Positions 42,524-43,793 of a stretch of 43,793 bases of DNA are shown here, piece by piece (the stretch's first letter is position 1; each line of letters begins with the position of its first letter). Location: assembly GCA_049281755.1 (NCBI GenBank), contig JBAPSR010000073.1:1-43793 (forward strand), written 5' to 3'. Made by a program: the position numbers and the translations under genes. A model generated the notes under the pieces. The model searched no databases. It was given only the letters and a program-made list of their open reading frames with translations, and had not been told where the DNA came from. Source of the DNA: Candidatus Binataceae bacterium. Its GTDB lineage: Bacteria > Desulfobacterota > Binatia > Binatales > Binataceae.

Positions 42524-43738
42524 ATGAGAACCGCATATCTGGACGCTTTCTCCGGCCTTAGCGGCGACATGATCGTCGGCGCGATACTCGACTGCGGCGC
42601 GGACTTCGCCGAACTCGAGCGCGCGCTCGCGTCGCTTTCGCTCTCCGGCTACCAATTATCGCATCGCCGCCGCGTGCTCTCTGGAATCTCGGCGGTCAAA
42701 TTCGAGGTCGAAGTCGCGGAGCGCCAGCCCGAGCGCCACTTCGGCGAGATTCGCGCGATGATCGAAAACGCTGCGGCACTCACCGAACCGGTCCGGGGCC
42801 GCGCGATCGCGATTTTCCAGGTACTGGCCGACGCCGAAGCCAAAATTCACAACACCACCCCCAACGAGGTGCATTTCCACGAAGTCGGCGCCGTTGATTC
42901 GATCATCGATATTGTCGGTGCCGCGTGGGGCCTCGAGCATCTGGAGGTTAGTGACCTGATCGTGTCGCCGCTTCCGGCGGGAGCCGGCTTCACGCGCTCG
43001 CAGCACGGGATCATCCCAGTGCCGGCGCCCGCGACCGCGGAGCTGCTGGCGGGATTTCCGGTGCGACTCGGCGATGGCGCGGCCGAGATGGTGACGCCGA
43101 CCGGCGCCGCATTCTTAAAGGCGCTCGCGCGGCCGGCCACGCTTCCGCTGAATTTTGAAATCGAGAAAATCGGCTACGGTGCGGGATCGCGGACGCTGGC
43201 CGATCGTCCCAATGTGCTGCGCATAATGCTCGGAAGGGAACATTCGGAGCTCGAGACCGATGAGATGGTCGAGATCGCGGCGAATATCGACGACCTGAAT
43301 CCGCAGATCTACGACCACGTTATGGAGCGCCTGTTCAGTGCGGGCGCGCGCGATGTGACGCTGACGCCCACGATGATGAAAAAAGGACGGCCGGCCGTAA
43401 CCCTGGGCGTGATCGCCGAGGCCGCCGATCGCGACAAACTCGCGCGGATAATCTTCGATGAGACTTCGACCATCGGGCTGCGCTTTCATTCGGTCTCGCG
43501 CCTGAAACTGCCCCGCGAGATTCAGGAAGTCGAGACGCGCTTCGGAAAAATCCGGGTAAAAATCTCCGGCGGACAGCCGCATCCTCATCCGCATGCGCAC
43601 GCGTATCCTCAGGCGCACGCGCAGGTGACGATCTCGCCCGAATACGACGATTGCCGCCACGCCGCGATCAATCATGGCGTCGCGCTGCGCGTCGTGATGG
43701 AAGAAGCGCGCGAGGCGGCGCGCGCGAAGTTCGGCTAA
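42524..43738 (+). CDS. larC: LarC-family nickel insertion protein (DUF111; nickel-pincer cofactor biosynthesis)
   Basis: ATG 42524. 'MRTAYLDAFSGLSGDMIVGAILD' is the conserved DUF111/LarC N-terminus. 'HFHEVGAVDSIIDIVG' is also present. His-rich insert 'HPHPHAHAYPQAHA' near the C-terminus. Confidence 0.85.
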   Translation: MRTAYLDAFSGLSGDMIVGAILDCGADFAELERALASLSLSGYQLSHRRRVLSGISAVKFEVEVAERQPERHFGEIRAMIENAAALTEPVRGRAIAIFQVLADAEAKIHNTTPNEVHFHEVGAVDSIIDIVGAAWGLEHLEVSDLIVSPLPAGAGFTRSQHGIIPVPAPATAELLAGFPVRLGDGAAEMVTPTGAAFLKALARPATLPLNFEIEKIGYGAGSRTLADRPNVLRIMLGREHSELETDEMVEIAANIDDLNPQIYDHVMERLFSAGARDVTLTPTMMKKGRPAVTLGVIAEAADRDKLARIIFDETSTIGLRFHSVSRLKLPREIQEVETRFGKIRVKISGGQPHPHPHAHAYPQAHAQVTISPEYDDCRHAAINHGVALRVVMEEAREAARAKFG

Positions 43739-43793
43739 GCCGCGGACGCTCCCGCGATGACGATGCGATGGCTGCGATGACTTCCGGACGGCT

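Noticed and set aside
1-43793. Many long ORFs antisense to, or out of frame with, the called genes. Examples: 483-1385(-), 4843-5568(-), 9552-10295(-), 22758-23720(-), 31384-32253(+), 34986-35867(+), 37930-38829(-), 41394-42152(+), 43115-43675(-).
   Set aside because: They are typical shadow ORFs of GC-rich DNA. Their translations are Arg/Ala/Pro/Gly-rich low-complexity with no motifs. Each fully overlaps an ORF that has clear family signatures.
1-43793. Looked for CRISPR arrays, rRNA genes, IS elements or transposases, integrases and phage structural genes.
   Set aside because: No regularly spaced repeats were found, and no recombinase or transposase motifs appear in any long ORF. The only RNA gene recognised is tRNA-Ala at 41111-41186.

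Overview
A 43.8-kb high-GC bacterial chromosomal segment; hand-counted 100-nt samples give about 65% GC in core genes. It carries one tRNA and no rRNA, CRISPR array, transposase or integrase. An OprB-type porin, a lipoprotein signal and an F420-type LLM oxidoreductase suggest an uncultured diderm soil or sediment bacterium, but taxonomy cannot be fixed from the sequence. Most genes encode redox or lipid-type metabolism: three acyl-CoA dehydrogenase-fold genes, a crotonase, a Baeyer-Villiger monooxygenase, an F420-type LLM oxidoreductase, aldo/keto reductases and amidohydrolases.

Accessory features stand out:
- (1) A low-GC DUF4239 + DNA methyltransferase + PD-(D/E)XK nuclease block (5.1-7.5 kb). 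It is bracketed by ~93-nt imperfect direct repeats that duplicate the promoter and first codons of the downstream acyl-CoA dehydrogenase gene.
- (2) A translationally coupled five-gene cassette at 25.8-30.6 kb (DOMON-like, DUF1460 amidase-like, GT2, DUF4922/HIT-like, SpoIID/LytB) with no assigned pathway.
- (3) An amicyanin-like cupredoxin plus an unusually long di-haem peroxidase/MauG-like gene. They lie divergent from a wHTH-AAA-TPR regulator whose upstream region carries three CTGAAC(A/T) repeats at exact 11-bp phasing.
- (4) A scarred region next to tRNA-Ala (38.8-41.2 kb) with nested direct repeats of aldo/keto reductase 3' ends, a truncated YD-repeat fragment ATGA-coupled to a low-GC 6-TM ORF, and a 35-nt in-frame repeat shared with the LLM gene.

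Several domain fusions are also present: FAD monooxygenase-SMP30, and DCC-lipase maturation factor. All family assignments come from motif recognition by eye, not from database searches.
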